From positions 166,740-230,739 of IMG/VR virus record IMGVR_UViG_3300020438_000007: a DNA stretch of 64,000 nt; one strand, written 5' to 3'. The number at the start of each line of letters is the position of its first letter. Position 1 is the first letter of the stretch. Below the pieces are notes generated by a model. That model was not told the DNA's origin. It saw nothing but the letters and a program-made list of their open reading frames with translations, and did no database searches. Below are positions 26,552-35,979 of the stretch, piece after piece. Made by a program: the position numbers and the translations under genes.

Positions 26552-27256
26552 CTATAAAAATATGGCCTGTGTTATCCTATCTACGTCAGTAAATTTACCC
26601 GTATTCATGATTGGAGATTGTAATATGTCAGCAGGAATGATTATTGCCCTATTAAATTTCATACCAAAAGTAAACTCCCTACCCCAAGTAAATTTAGAGT
26701 CATAAACATCTTTAATAATATCAAAATGTTTTTTAGTGGCATACATTGCCTTCATATCTTCAACTACTGAAGTCCTTCCAGCAAAATTCCATAGGTTTGT
26801 TCCACCAAAACATTCTTCCTCATGGTTTAAATATATCTCTATCTTAAATTGGAAAGGCGATGGGTTATGTTCATACCATAGTTGAAAAGGTATGAGTCGA
26901 TCTGGTTGATCTGTCATTGTCTTTTCATTTAGATACTCTACAAGAAACCACATGTATGACATATTTTCGTCAATCGTTGGTCTATCGCATGTTCTGCCCC
27001 AATGTTCATCGTCATGACATATCTGTTTGATCACATGTTCTATATTTTTCCTTAGTTCATCTGTTTGATATGCAGCTCTTTCTATTCCATTAGGGTGATT
27101 ACTAAATGGAATATCTTTTTTTCTATCCAACTTTAAAGCTAATCTTCTAACTTCCTCTGGATTTTCATAAAAATTATCTATGACCATAGCACTCCTACCA
27201 TCTATGCCTATGTCTGTGATGGCAGTAGCTTCTAAATTTTCACTTAATTCAAACAT
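26552..27256 (-). CDS. DUF6445-like protein apparently lacking Fe ligands
   Basis: VIDNFYENP...IYLN..GGTNLW...FNRAIII; HxD and distal His positions not conserved. Confidence 0.7.
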   Translation of the reverse strand: MFELSENLEATAITDIGIDGRSAMVIDNFYENPEEVRRLALKLDRKKDIPFSNHPNGIERAAYQTDELRKNIEHVIKQICHDDEHWGRTCDRPTIDENMSYMWFLVEYLNEKTMTDQPDRLIPFQLWYEHNPSPFQFKIEIYLNHEEECFGGTNLWNFAGRTSVVEDMKAMYATKKHFDIIKDVYDSKFTWGREFTFGMKFNRAIIIPADILQSPIMNTGKFTDVDRITQAIFL

Positions 27257-27437
27257 CTTTGTTCTTTTCTTCCACTAAATGTTCAACTTCTGAGGCAACC
27301 TTACCCATTACCTCTCTTACATCAGTTCCTGATCCAGAGGTATAATAGTAATCTGTTCCTTTCGGAGCATAATGTCTGGTGTGGAGTGTCCAATGCCACT
27401 GTTCAATATTTTTTGAATACCAGAATTGTAATCTCAT
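27249..27437 (-). CDS. hypothetical protein
   Basis: 62-aa ORF; TATAAAT late-type motif at 27448-27454. Confidence 0.65.
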   Translation of the reverse strand: MRLQFWYSKNIEQWHWTLHTRHYAPKGTDYYYTSGSGTDVREVMGKVASEVEHLVEEKNKDV

Positions 27438-27459
27438 GAGTGTTTTAATTTATATAGGA

Positions 27460-27750
27460 GGGGGCAGAGCCCCCACAGTCACTTGGTTAACAAGGAGTGA
27501 CTAATCCCCGATTGCCCCTTAAGCAGCGACGAGTTCGTCAGTGCGGGCAAATTCTCTTGTAAGAATACGAGAGAACGCTACGATGTTATTCGCAGCAGTG
27601 TCAGATGTTTTTGCATCTATGGTTTGCTCTCCGAGCAGGTTTTCAGTCATGTTCCGTATACCCTGTCGAGACCATGGCATCCCCTTGAATGGAGATGAGG
27701 GGAATCGAACCCCTGTCCAGAATGTCGATTACACCACCTACATGTCTTTT
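27460..27750 (-). ncRNA. ssrA: permuted two-piece tmRNA (cyanobacterial type), tag ANNIVAFSRILTREFARTDELVAA*
   Basis: Acceptor piece T-arm AGGGG-TTCGATT-CCCCT + CATCTCC-A (27690-27697); 5-nt spacer TTCAA; 5' strand GGGGATG (27684-27678) giving G3:U70; tag ORF 27593..27519; terminal hairpin GGGGGC-TCT-GCCCCC 27460-27474; 5' boundary approximate. Confidence 0.93.
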
Positions 27751-27767
27751 TGAGTCATACATCAGGA

Positions 27768-28355
27768 CTATACAATCCATTGTATCCAAGAATATCTGGT
27801 TCCTTTTGTTACTGGCATTACTTCATGTGGAAACAAATACAGTGCTGGAAATACTAACACACTTCCCTTCTTTATATTGACAGTGTGTTCCTTCCAAAAC
27901 CTAAACTCACCTCCTTCAAAATCGTCATTCAACACACCTACCACACTAGTAACAGGTATGCCTCTAAATTGTCCTTCAAAGAAATCTCGGATATGATCGT
28001 AGTGTGGACTAAGATAATCGCCAACATCATACTTATTGAATTTTATGCCTGAGCAAGCTTCCCAAAATGAACCGCCAGTTTGATTATCCTCAACGTCATA
28101 ATAATTATATTTTTCGTGGAAGGCATTAAACAACTCATCATTTATATGTGGTTGTATTATATTTACCGCCTCTGGGGCAGTTACGGTTGATTTCATATTT
28201 GATTCTTTATCAATATCAACCTGTTCAAAGTCCTGATACCAAGAAAATTCACCCCATTCACGAGAATCTAAAAGAGATACTATCTGATCACATTCCTGAT
28301 CAGATAGCAAATCATACTCAAATATGTGGTCTTTAAGATTCGGATACTTCAACAT
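27768..28355 (-). CDS. prolyl-4-hydroxylase-like 2OG-Fe(II) oxygenase
   Basis: KYDVGDYLSPHYD...LNDDFEGG...FPA.YLFPHEV.PVTKGTRYS. Confidence 0.9.
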   Translation of the reverse strand: MLKYPNLKDHIFEYDLLSDQECDQIVSLLDSREWGEFSWYQDFEQVDIDKESNMKSTVTAPEAVNIIQPHINDELFNAFHEKYNYYDVEDNQTGGSFWEACSGIKFNKYDVGDYLSPHYDHIRDFFEGQFRGIPVTSVVGVLNDDFEGGEFRFWKEHTVNIKKGSVLVFPALYLFPHEVMPVTKGTRYSWIQWIV

Positions 28356-28563
28356 CTTTCATAGTAGGTTTCTGTTTCAAAACCTCATTGCCAGTTTGTT
28401 TGGAGATAAATGCAGAGAGTTCTGGAGTTTCCTCCCACTCCCAGACTTGATTATTCTGTGGGTTTTTCTTTTGAATCGTGAGTGTGCGTTTTGCCAATTT
28501 CAACCTCTCTAGATAAAACTTCGATTTCATTTTCAAGGCCAATGATCCGAAGTTCTGCATCAT
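28333..28563 (-). CDS. hypothetical protein (WEWEETPEL motif)
   Basis: ORF track; start uncertain because of overlap with 28451..28753. Confidence 0.45.
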   Translation of the reverse strand: MMQNFGSLALKMKSKFYLERLKLAKRTLTIQKKNPQNNQVWEWEETPELSAFISKQTGNEVLKQKPTMKDVEVSES

Positions 28564-28753
28564 TGGCCGATCTTTCTAGAGCCCGTACAGCAGTAGAGAG
28601 TCTTGCGATCTCTGCTCCAAAGGCATCAATATTTTGTAGAAGTAAGTTGTTTCCAAATGTCTGAGGATTCCCCTTCTCCGCATAGGCAGTGTCCTGTACT
28701 TCCTCGCATCTCTTGAGATAATCCTCTTTTGACATTCTATTGTTGTCAGTCAT
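28451..28753 (-). CDS. coiled-coil hypothetical protein
   Basis: 100-aa ORF. Confidence 0.7.
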   Translation of the reverse strand: MTDNNRMSKEDYLKRCEEVQDTAYAEKGNPQTFGNNLLLQNIDAFGAEIARLSTAVRALERSANDAELRIIGLENEIEVLSREVEIGKTHTHDSKEKPTE

Positions 28754-29274
28754 GAGTATTCCATGTAAATGTTTCCAGATATTGTAGTTCCCTCATTGCC
28801 GGAATTAACCATGTGCATGAGGAATGATGGGAATATGATGATACTCCCAGGCTCCAGAATAGGTTTATAGTCTAACGGAAACTGGGGCAAAGTGCAACCA
28901 AAATGGTTCTGAATGTTATGAATCGAAGGATTAAAAAATGCAGTTCTTGATGTCACGTCAACATATATCACATAACTCCATTGACTTTTAGGATGTATGT
29001 GAGCATCTTGATAATCATGTTTCTTATAAACATTTCTCCATATATGTCCAAACCTTGCGTTCTTTCCCATCAGTTCTGCTGGATAGAGATTTCTCTCTAT
29101 TATACCAGACAAATAAACCCAAATTTCCTGTGGAATTTCTTCTTGTTTCTGTGACGAGAAAGTAGATGAAACTCCAGAATCCCAAGTAGGTTCTAAGGGA
29201 GAGAGGGGAATACAATCAAATTTAGTTACATCAACCTGATCTTCAAAGACAGGTATTCCAAAAAGTTGTTTCAT
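28750..29274 (-). CDS. putative 2OG-Fe(II) oxygenase, TIGR02466-like
   Basis: WRNVY..HDYQDAHIHP...WSYVIY...FPSFLMHMV. Confidence 0.85.
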   Translation of the reverse strand: MKQLFGIPVFEDQVDVTKFDCIPLSPLEPTWDSGVSSTFSSQKQEEIPQEIWVYLSGIIERNLYPAELMGKNARFGHIWRNVYKKHDYQDAHIHPKSQWSYVIYVDVTSRTAFFNPSIHNIQNHFGCTLPQFPLDYKPILEPGSIIIFPSFLMHMVNSGNEGTTISGNIYMEYS

Positions 29275-29654
29275 TAATGCAAATCATCTAATTTCTGTAA
29301 ATCGCTTTGTTCTAATACTTTTTCATAACCGTTTACGGCGGCATCTATAATTGCATTTCTCATATCATCATTTTCCCTCTCTTCTAATCGTTTCTTGATA
29401 CTATCAAAGTAAATTGAAGTTTCGGAAGGTAATCCCTGTTGCCCTGGCAATTTACCCTCGTAACTACCTGTGGATTTGACATCTATTATCTCAGGTGGCA
29501 ATGGTTTGGGTGCTTCTATCCGTTTATATGTAAATCCATCACCCTCATGTAATTCCAGAGTGGTAATGGCATATTGTTCGTGACTACAATCACAATACTT
29601 CTGTCCTATACTATCATAAACAGTCCAGAATGGGTAAAAATGATCAGGAATCAT
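29274..29654 (-). CDS. conserved cyanophage hypothetical protein
   Basis: 126-aa ORF; G.KYCDC.(H/W)E..A pattern. Confidence 0.7.
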   Translation of the reverse strand: MIPDHFYPFWTVYDSIGQKYCDCSHEQYAITTLELHEGDGFTYKRIEAPKPLPPEIIDVKSTGSYEGKLPGQQGLPSETSIYFDSIKKRLEERENDDMRNAIIDAAVNGYEKVLEQSDLQKLDDLH

Positions 29655-31285
29655 AATTCATATCCAAACTCTGCCCAGTCAAAATCTTCTATTGACAATG
29701 CGTTTTCTTCTTGTGTTTTTTGTCTGGAATTAGTGTATCCTAATGCCTGCATATAACCCCAAGCCCTAGTTTCATCTTCATCCCTCAAATACCTCATAGC
29801 TTTAGCTCCATTTATATAGTAGTTTATTTTGGGTACGTTTTTGTTGATCAATTCATTCATTTCTTGTGTCTTGACCACGATTGCGTTATCGTAAGTTCCA
29901 CAATCGCCTGGTATAGATAGGCCTGGAGGAACGTTAGCATATCCGATAGTGCTACTACCAGCATCAGTTCCACCCACACCAATCATAATTCTCTGTCCTT
30001 CTGTCGCATAGAATGAATCTGAAGTTCCGTCTCCGTCATCTGTACTGAAGGTAGGCCAATTAAAATTACCAACATAATATCCAGCTCTACCATTACCAAC
30101 AAGAGGTTCATCTTCTTGTCTAACTTGTCTCCATTGTGAAGTGGTATTAGGATCACCATTATTAATCAAATCTAATTGGTGTCCTTTTCCTATATTTACA
30201 TTTTGAGCGATACCAATCTCAACTGGGTCGATTGGATTCTTTGTTGATTCAAACTCGATATCTGATGTATTGCCTGGTCTTACAACTATTACCGAACTGT
30301 TTATACCAGCTTGAGAAGGCGGTTGACTCAAGTGTGCAAAATAATAATCAGATACAATACCGATATAGAATGAAGTTCCTATATCTTTGTTAACTGTTAT
30401 ACTGACGGCATTATTCAATTCAAACACATTGAGAATCATTTCTGCAGCGGATGTAATACCTGTATTATCAACGTATGTTATAATACCTACAGCAGTTGAA
30501 ATACCTGTGATACTGGTTCCAGCTGAAACCATCCCTCCTCCACTTTTGCCTGTATCACCAAATACAAAATCTCCTACACTAAAAGCGGTGAAGATACCAG
30601 TCTTATTATCGGCATAAATTTTGTTATCACCAGATGTACAGAATCCAGATAAAGGATAAACCTCAGCGGGGTATGGTGTTAGTCCAAATCCAAGAACACT
30701 TGTAGCATTACCTGATGGAAATAAGGTTGGATTTATAAGAGCATCAGTAATAAGATCTCCTGTTTTTATACCAACCCTCCCTGTAGTAAACCCAGTAAGA
30801 GTTTCGGCATCATCGTCAAATATAATAAGAGCAGCACTACCAACATTAACGTCAACACGATTGATATTTTCAACAACATTAGCACCATACTCCATATTTC
30901 TTGGGTACTTGTAATACTTTGCTCCGTAGTATCCCAAGAACTGATATGTGGAAGCGTCTTTTTTACACTCCCATACCGTTACCTCTTCATCATCGTCATA
31001 ACCATATCTACTGAAACTACTGTCCTCTACTTGAACCCATGCCAAATCACTCCTACATCCATGAGAGATTCTCTCCAGATATGCAGTTTGAACAGCCGTT
31101 ATTGCTGTGTTGATGGGATCAATGAGTGGAGGCAGTTTACCATCCATTTTATTGACTATTTCATCATACTCATCAATGAGTGCATCAGTTAATGCTAACT
31201 GTTCTGCAATGGAATCTTCTTCCTTCCTTTGTATGACAGTTTGCGCTCTGAGTCTTTTTGCAATTTCCTTTGGATTAGCAGCCAT
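29651..31285 (-). CDS. virion structural protein
   Basis: 544 aa, GIST/VGI repeats typical of cyanophage structural proteins; lies in the baseplate cluster. Confidence 0.75.
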   Translation of the reverse strand: MAANPKEIAKRLRAQTVIQRKEEDSIAEQLALTDALIDEYDEIVNKMDGKLPPLIDPINTAITAVQTAYLERISHGCRSDLAWVQVEDSSFSRYGYDDDEEVTVWECKKDASTYQFLGYYGAKYYKYPRNMEYGANVVENINRVDVNVGSAALIIFDDDAETLTGFTTGRVGIKTGDLITDALINPTLFPSGNATSVLGFGLTPYPAEVYPLSGFCTSGDNKIYADNKTGIFTAFSVGDFVFGDTGKSGGGMVSAGTSITGISTAVGIITYVDNTGITSAAEMILNVFELNNAVSITVNKDIGTSFYIGIVSDYYFAHLSQPPSQAGINSSVIVVRPGNTSDIEFESTKNPIDPVEIGIAQNVNIGKGHQLDLINNGDPNTTSQWRQVRQEDEPLVGNGRAGYYVGNFNWPTFSTDDGDGTSDSFYATEGQRIMIGVGGTDAGSSTIGYANVPPGLSIPGDCGTYDNAIVVKTQEMNELINKNVPKINYYINGAKAMRYLRDEDETRAWGYMQALGYTNSRQKTQEENALSIEDFDWAEFGYEL

Positions 31286-32139
31286 TAGGTTTCTCTATCC
31301 TCATATTCTGTAACTAGTCTTGAAACATCTTTACGTTCAGCATAGACTACATAACTGCAACGTATATTGTGAGTTTTGAAACTATGGGGGTTTACTATTA
31401 TGTTTAATTTACTTCCCTTAGAAACAGTATAACACAAATCTTGGTAAACTCCAATAGGAGTTAAATGAACTGTTATGGATTCATCATCTACAAGATCTTT
31501 CCAATAGTATGGCAGTTCAATCACATTATCACCTTTCAATACTCCTCTGAAATACACACCTATCTCTGGTCCTTCTAGACATGAATACCTCAGTCTATGT
31601 GGGGACTCTTTACTTGGATGTGGTATATCAAAGAACTTAAATGGAGCAGAAACTGATGCAAAGGTGCCGTTTGCAGCAATAATTGATGGGCAAGTTATGT
31701 TTCCTCCAACTGCAAGTAAACCAGCTATTGTACAGAATCCAGCAATATTTACGTTTCCATTCTTCTGTGTTATGGCGTTACCAATACCCAGTGCATTTTT
31801 AATATCAATACCATTCTTAAGACTCAGTGCGTTCTTGATTGTAGTTCCAAGTTTTGTAGTAAGACCAGTGAATGTACTGACTGCAAACACATTATGAACA
31901 CCGAATATATTTGTAATACCATGAACTTGCAATGATACAGGTGCTGGAAAACTCATGGGAGGTCCAATCATGACTGTTGCCATTGGAACACCAATGTTAG
32001 GAACTAATCCAAAGTAGCAGGGACCATTAGACACCAAAGTGCCAGGAAATACCTTTGGTATGCCTGGTAAAAATGAGGTATCCAGTGCTCCGATGACAAC
32101 TTTGTCACCGAACATTCCTATCGAAGCCGTTTGTGCCAT
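31285..32139 (-). CDS. baseplate spike-associated protein with C-terminal FDIPHP...LEGPE domain
   Basis: KFFDIPHPSK...RLRYSCLEGPEIGVYFRG...LPYYWKDLVD..SITVHLTPIG; downstream of gp5. Confidence 0.7.
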   Translation of the reverse strand: MAQTASIGMFGDKVVIGALDTSFLPGIPKVFPGTLVSNGPCYFGLVPNIGVPMATVMIGPPMSFPAPVSLQVHGITNIFGVHNVFAVSTFTGLTTKLGTTIKNALSLKNGIDIKNALGIGNAITQKNGNVNIAGFCTIAGLLAVGGNITCPSIIAANGTFASVSAPFKFFDIPHPSKESPHRLRYSCLEGPEIGVYFRGVLKGDNVIELPYYWKDLVDDESITVHLTPIGVYQDLCYTVSKGSKLNIIVNPHSFKTHNIRCSYVVYAERKDVSRLVTEYEDRET

Positions 32140-32711
32140 TATAAAAAGTCCTTAAATCTATCAAAGGCACCGATCAAAGCGCCAAGAAATCCACCCTGTA
32201 TCTTATCCGTCTGTGTACCCAAATCAACTGATGATCCACCAGATACCTCAACGAAGTTACCACCAAGAGAAAGATTCTTAGTACCAAGAACATTTGTATT
32301 ACTGGCATCTATATTCAAAATAGGAGACTTTCCTAAGTAGATTTGATCAGCAGCATTCATTGTAAGTTCTGATCTAGCATTTAGTCTTATATTGTTTCCT
32401 TGTAATATTATATCACCATCTTGAGCATCTATCAGAATGTGTCCGTATGCGGCACAAATAACTTTACTGGGTTCATTCTCCTTTCCTCTTATACCTACAG
32501 TTTCGTATGAACACCCATTTACTACTAACTTCTGAAGTCCACTCTTATACCAAGCGATACCTTGTTTTTCATCAGTGATTAGAGAGTAATCTGTATATTC
32601 TCCCTGCAAATCTCCATCAGTAATCTTTACACCAGAAGTTTCACGAAATCCTATATTATTTTTGAACCACTCCTGTGACTCTTTCTTTTGTACGTCTGGT
32701 TTAGTTGCCAT
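32139..32711 (-). CDS. gp5 C-terminal-like beta-helix spike protein
   Basis: Beta-repeat pattern (GHILIDAQDGDIILQGNNIRLNA); immediately downstream of gp5. Confidence 0.6.
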   Translation of the reverse strand: MATKPDVQKKESQEWFKNNIGFRETSGVKITDGDLQGEYTDYSLITDEKQGIAWYKSGLQKLVVNGCSYETVGIRGKENEPSKVICAAYGHILIDAQDGDIILQGNNIRLNARSELTMNAADQIYLGKSPILNIDASNTNVLGTKNLSLGGNFVEVSGGSSVDLGTQTDKIQGGFLGALIGAFDRFKDFL

Positions 32712-35700
32712 CAGTATCCGCCTCCGTAACCGCCTGATCCACCTGATCCGCCAGACCCGCCACCACCAGAAGGAGGACTACTAGGTGGAGGAGTGCTTGG
32801 AGGTGTAGTTCCCCCAGTTTGTTCTTGAGGCTGCGTAGTTTCTTGTGGGGTATTTGTATTAATAGATGGTGTAGAACTATCAGTAGTGTCGGCAGAGGCA
32901 TTTGTCTGTTCCGTTGTAGTAGTTGTGTTAGTTGTACTTACAGTTGGAGTGGTAGTGGTTGTAGTAGTGGTGCTCGATTGAGGGGTGTAGATTATAACTG
33001 GTTGTTGGCCAAGACTTTCATTCTTAGTATTATATATTGTGGCATGTGGTGAGGATACATGAGTAGGTCCTACCATCTTCTTACCTGTTGATGGATGAAC
33101 ATGGAAGTCGCCATAATATGGGTTACCATTGACCCAGCCAACCTGTGTTGTACGTTGACTGTAGACACAATCAACTACCTTAACAAACAGAGTTCCACCT
33201 CTTCTTGCCTCATCAGTTGATACAATTCCACCTCTACCAATAATACCACCATCTCTACTTGGTTTCTCTCCAATATCAGAAACATAGTCAGGACTATATG
33301 ACATGATTGGATACAATCTGGCACCAATTCCTGTTCTAGTATCTATCGATACTGAAGGAATAGATTTATGTTTATCTTGACAATTGATGTTATTGATTCC
33401 AGCGATAGAACCTGCTGGAGTAACAATTAAATCGAAAGAACAATCTCCCACTCTACCTTTATCTCCAGAAGTATATCCAATTCCAGGCCTGTAAGGAACA
33501 AGATCCGTTACAATACCAACTGCCTCACTACCAATACCAGAAACACCTCTGGTTGTAAAATTATAGGTATCAGTTCTTCCCATACCAGCAAACTGATTTT
33601 CATATAGATCTAAGAATGAACCCTCAGACATAGAAATATAGTATTCTGTGTTAAATTTTAGGTCATTCTTTGGATCTATCTTAATAATCCTATCGGATAG
33701 GAATGATATTTTATTATTCTTCACATTGATTCTTTCATGCACAACATTAGTGCCCGATTCTGTAATGGTAACATCTCCATTACCTTTTACTATTGGTTCA
33801 TTAAATGTAATTGAAAGAGAAGTAGAAGTTTGAACACCTACTGCATCATCAGCGGGTGTAGTAAATGTAATGAAGGGATTTTCATCATCATCGTCTTCAG
33901 TAACAGGATACTTTGGAGGAACTACATTAGTTGAAGGACAATATCCCTCTCCAGGCGCCAACATAAAGATGTCAACAATAGATCCATTTTCATCTATGAT
34001 TGCTTCAGCGTGAGCACCGCCGCCATGTCTAGTCTTGTCTATAATTGCAATTCTTGGAGTTCCAGTATAATTTAAGCCTGGTTCCAAGATCTCTAAAGTA
34101 AGAATACTTCCATTTACAGATGAGACTATAGGCATAAGAACAGCAGTTTTTGTTCCATCTCCCCTAACTTCTATCTTCGGTGGGATACATTCACTCCATG
34201 TAAATCCTGGCGGTACTGAATTACCAAGATCATCTTGTGTTTGTGGGTTCTGTACCCTAGCATTACAATCAAAGAAGTCTGGTAAACCTCCACCTAGCAT
34301 ACTGAGAAGTGAGAATTTAGCTCTTGCATCATAAACTCCATCACCAGTAGTATCTGCCGCTCCAACAAAATTATCATATTGTTCCAATATTTTCATGTTG
34401 TCAAGAACTTTTCCAAATGATAAGTCTGGTTTAGATGTGATTCCTAAACCCTGAGACCAATCATCATATTCTTTACAGGATAATTTAGCACAAGCAAAGA
34501 ATCCTAAGAGCATATTAACATAACTACTGACCTTTGATAACAAACTACCAACACTACCTAAAGCGCCAGTCAACCAATCTAATCCGTCTAGTATTGGTTT
34601 TAATGCTTTTGTTAGTTTATCGTAGATCTCTCCCAAAATATTTCCGACCATCTGCTCTACAGCACAGACAGATGGATTTAATACCTTACCAATCATGTCT
34701 TTCAAAAGACCAGTCACTAGATCAAATAGGCCTGGAAGTTGATCTCCAAAGATACAGAATAAAATATCAAGAATTTTCTGTAGGGCTTTGAGGATAGGAG
34801 ATTTTTGTGGTTCTGGTATAATTAGTGCTTGTACATTTCGGAATACCTTCGTTATCAACCCAATAACTTTATCTCTAATAACATTGAGTATCTTTTTAAC
34901 CGCAGCAGATATTAACTTAGAAGCCTTTCTAACTAACTTATTAACATCTGCAAGCAGATTTTGAGCAGTGTCAATGTAAGCACCAGCATAGGCAGTAAGA
35001 GAGTTTACTGTAGTTAGAAAACTACCAATCGTATGTGCAATATCACCTAAAGGACCCTGTTCACACCCATTGTCCATACTATGAGGACCTAGTTGGGTAT
35101 TAGAAAATTCTACCTCTGACTTTCTATCATTAGATATCCCCTCCTTTCCACTTTCCAATTCGCCAGGTGAGTTTTTCTTTTCCTCACCAGCTTTATTTTT
35201 TGCATTTTCTTGTAATTGATTCTTTCCTTCTGCTACAGCAGCTGGATTTAATTCTTTGTTTTCGGAATTGGGAAGAGTGGTCATCCCATCGATACCAGCC
35301 TTCCTACCAGTTGCCACAGCGAAAGCATTAGCTTCAGATTCAGCACCATCTCTAAGAAAGTTTGAAGGACCTGATTTGTCGTTGATTGATCTAGCTAAAG
35401 CACCAAAAATTACTGGTTGTTGTGCTTCCTCGCCATCCAAGAAGAAACCAAAAACAGTTTCTCCACCAACCATCTTTGACTTTTCTCCCAAACAGGCCTG
35501 TCCAGCACCAGAGGTAGGATCTACCATGACATGTGCCCAAGGTAAATCTTTTTCACCCATTATGGATTCGTCAAATGGGTGATAACCTATTATTCTTACT
35601 TTACATCTAAACGCCCAACCAGATTTAACATCAGTAGATTGATCGCGCCAATGTTCTGGATCGGCTACTCTACCAATCCACCATATGAATCCATCTCTTC

Positions 35701-35740
35701 CAACAAAGTTGGTCTGTGCAAGGGCGCTTTCTAACATCAA
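32711..35740 (-). CDS. gp5: baseplate hub/needle protein gp5 (OB-fold N-terminus) with Ig-like insertion
   Basis: FVGRDGFIWWIG.V...KVRIIGYH...DLPWA...GETVFGFFLDG..AQQPVIFG. Confidence 0.88.
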   Translation of the reverse strand: MMLESALAQTNFVGRDGFIWWIGRVADPEHWRDQSTDVKSGWAFRCKVRIIGYHPFDESIMGEKDLPWAHVMVDPTSGAGQACLGEKSKMVGGETVFGFFLDGEEAQQPVIFGALARSINDKSGPSNFLRDGAESEANAFAVATGRKAGIDGMTTLPNSENKELNPAAVAEGKNQLQENAKNKAGEEKKNSPGELESGKEGISNDRKSEVEFSNTQLGPHSMDNGCEQGPLGDIAHTIGSFLTTVNSLTAYAGAYIDTAQNLLADVNKLVRKASKLISAAVKKILNVIRDKVIGLITKVFRNVQALIIPEPQKSPILKALQKILDILFCIFGDQLPGLFDLVTGLLKDMIGKVLNPSVCAVEQMVGNILGEIYDKLTKALKPILDGLDWLTGALGSVGSLLSKVSSYVNMLLGFFACAKLSCKEYDDWSQGLGITSKPDLSFGKVLDNMKILEQYDNFVGAADTTGDGVYDARAKFSLLSMLGGGLPDFFDCNARVQNPQTQDDLGNSVPPGFTWSECIPPKIEVRGDGTKTAVLMPIVSSVNGSILTLEILEPGLNYTGTPRIAIIDKTRHGGGAHAEAIIDENGSIVDIFMLAPGEGYCPSTNVVPPKYPVTEDDDDENPFITFTTPADDAVGVQTSTSLSITFNEPIVKGNGDVTITESGTNVVHERINVKNNKISFLSDRIIKIDPKNDLKFNTEYYISMSEGSFLDLYENQFAGMGRTDTYNFTTRGVSGIGSEAVGIVTDLVPYRPGIGYTSGDKGRVGDCSFDLIVTPAGSIAGINNINCQDKHKSIPSVSIDTRTGIGARLYPIMSYSPDYVSDIGEKPSRDGGIIGRGGIVSTDEARRGGTLFVKVVDCVYSQRTTQVGWVNGNPYYGDFHVHPSTGKKMVGPTHVSSPHATIYNTKNESLGQQPVIIYTPQSSTTTTTTTTPTVSTTNTTTTTEQTNASADTTDSSTPSINTNTPQETTQPQEQTGGTTPPSTPPPSSPPSGGGGSGGSGGSGGYGGGY

Positions 35741-35743
35741 TCA

Positions 35744-35971
35744 TTAATCGTCATAGACGAGACATTCTGGTTCTGAGGGGTTTTGATCACAATATAGTTC
35801 GAGAGCAGTAGGATCGTGATGATCTCCTTCCTCAATTTCTTTTTTGTGATGATCGACATAATCTTCCAACTCGTGAAGTTCTCCTTCGATATGCCTACGA
35901 GTTTGAGGACTTGTTGTGGGATCTTCTAAGATCTCCTTATCTTTTTGAATGTGTTTCTCTAAACTTTCCAT
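35744..35971 (-). CDS. cp12: CP12 Calvin-cycle inhibitor (phage type)
   Basis: C-terminus LELYCDQNPSEPECLVYDD. Confidence 0.92.
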   Translation of the reverse strand: MESLEKHIQKDKEILEDPTTSPQTRRHIEGELHELEDYVDHHKKEIEEGDHHDPTALELYCDQNPSEPECLVYDD

Positions 35972-35979
35972 TTTACTCC

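Noticed and set aside
27541-27880. Track ORFs 27541..27753 (+) and 27689..27880 (+)
   Set aside because: Antisense shadows of the tmRNA and the oxygenase gene.
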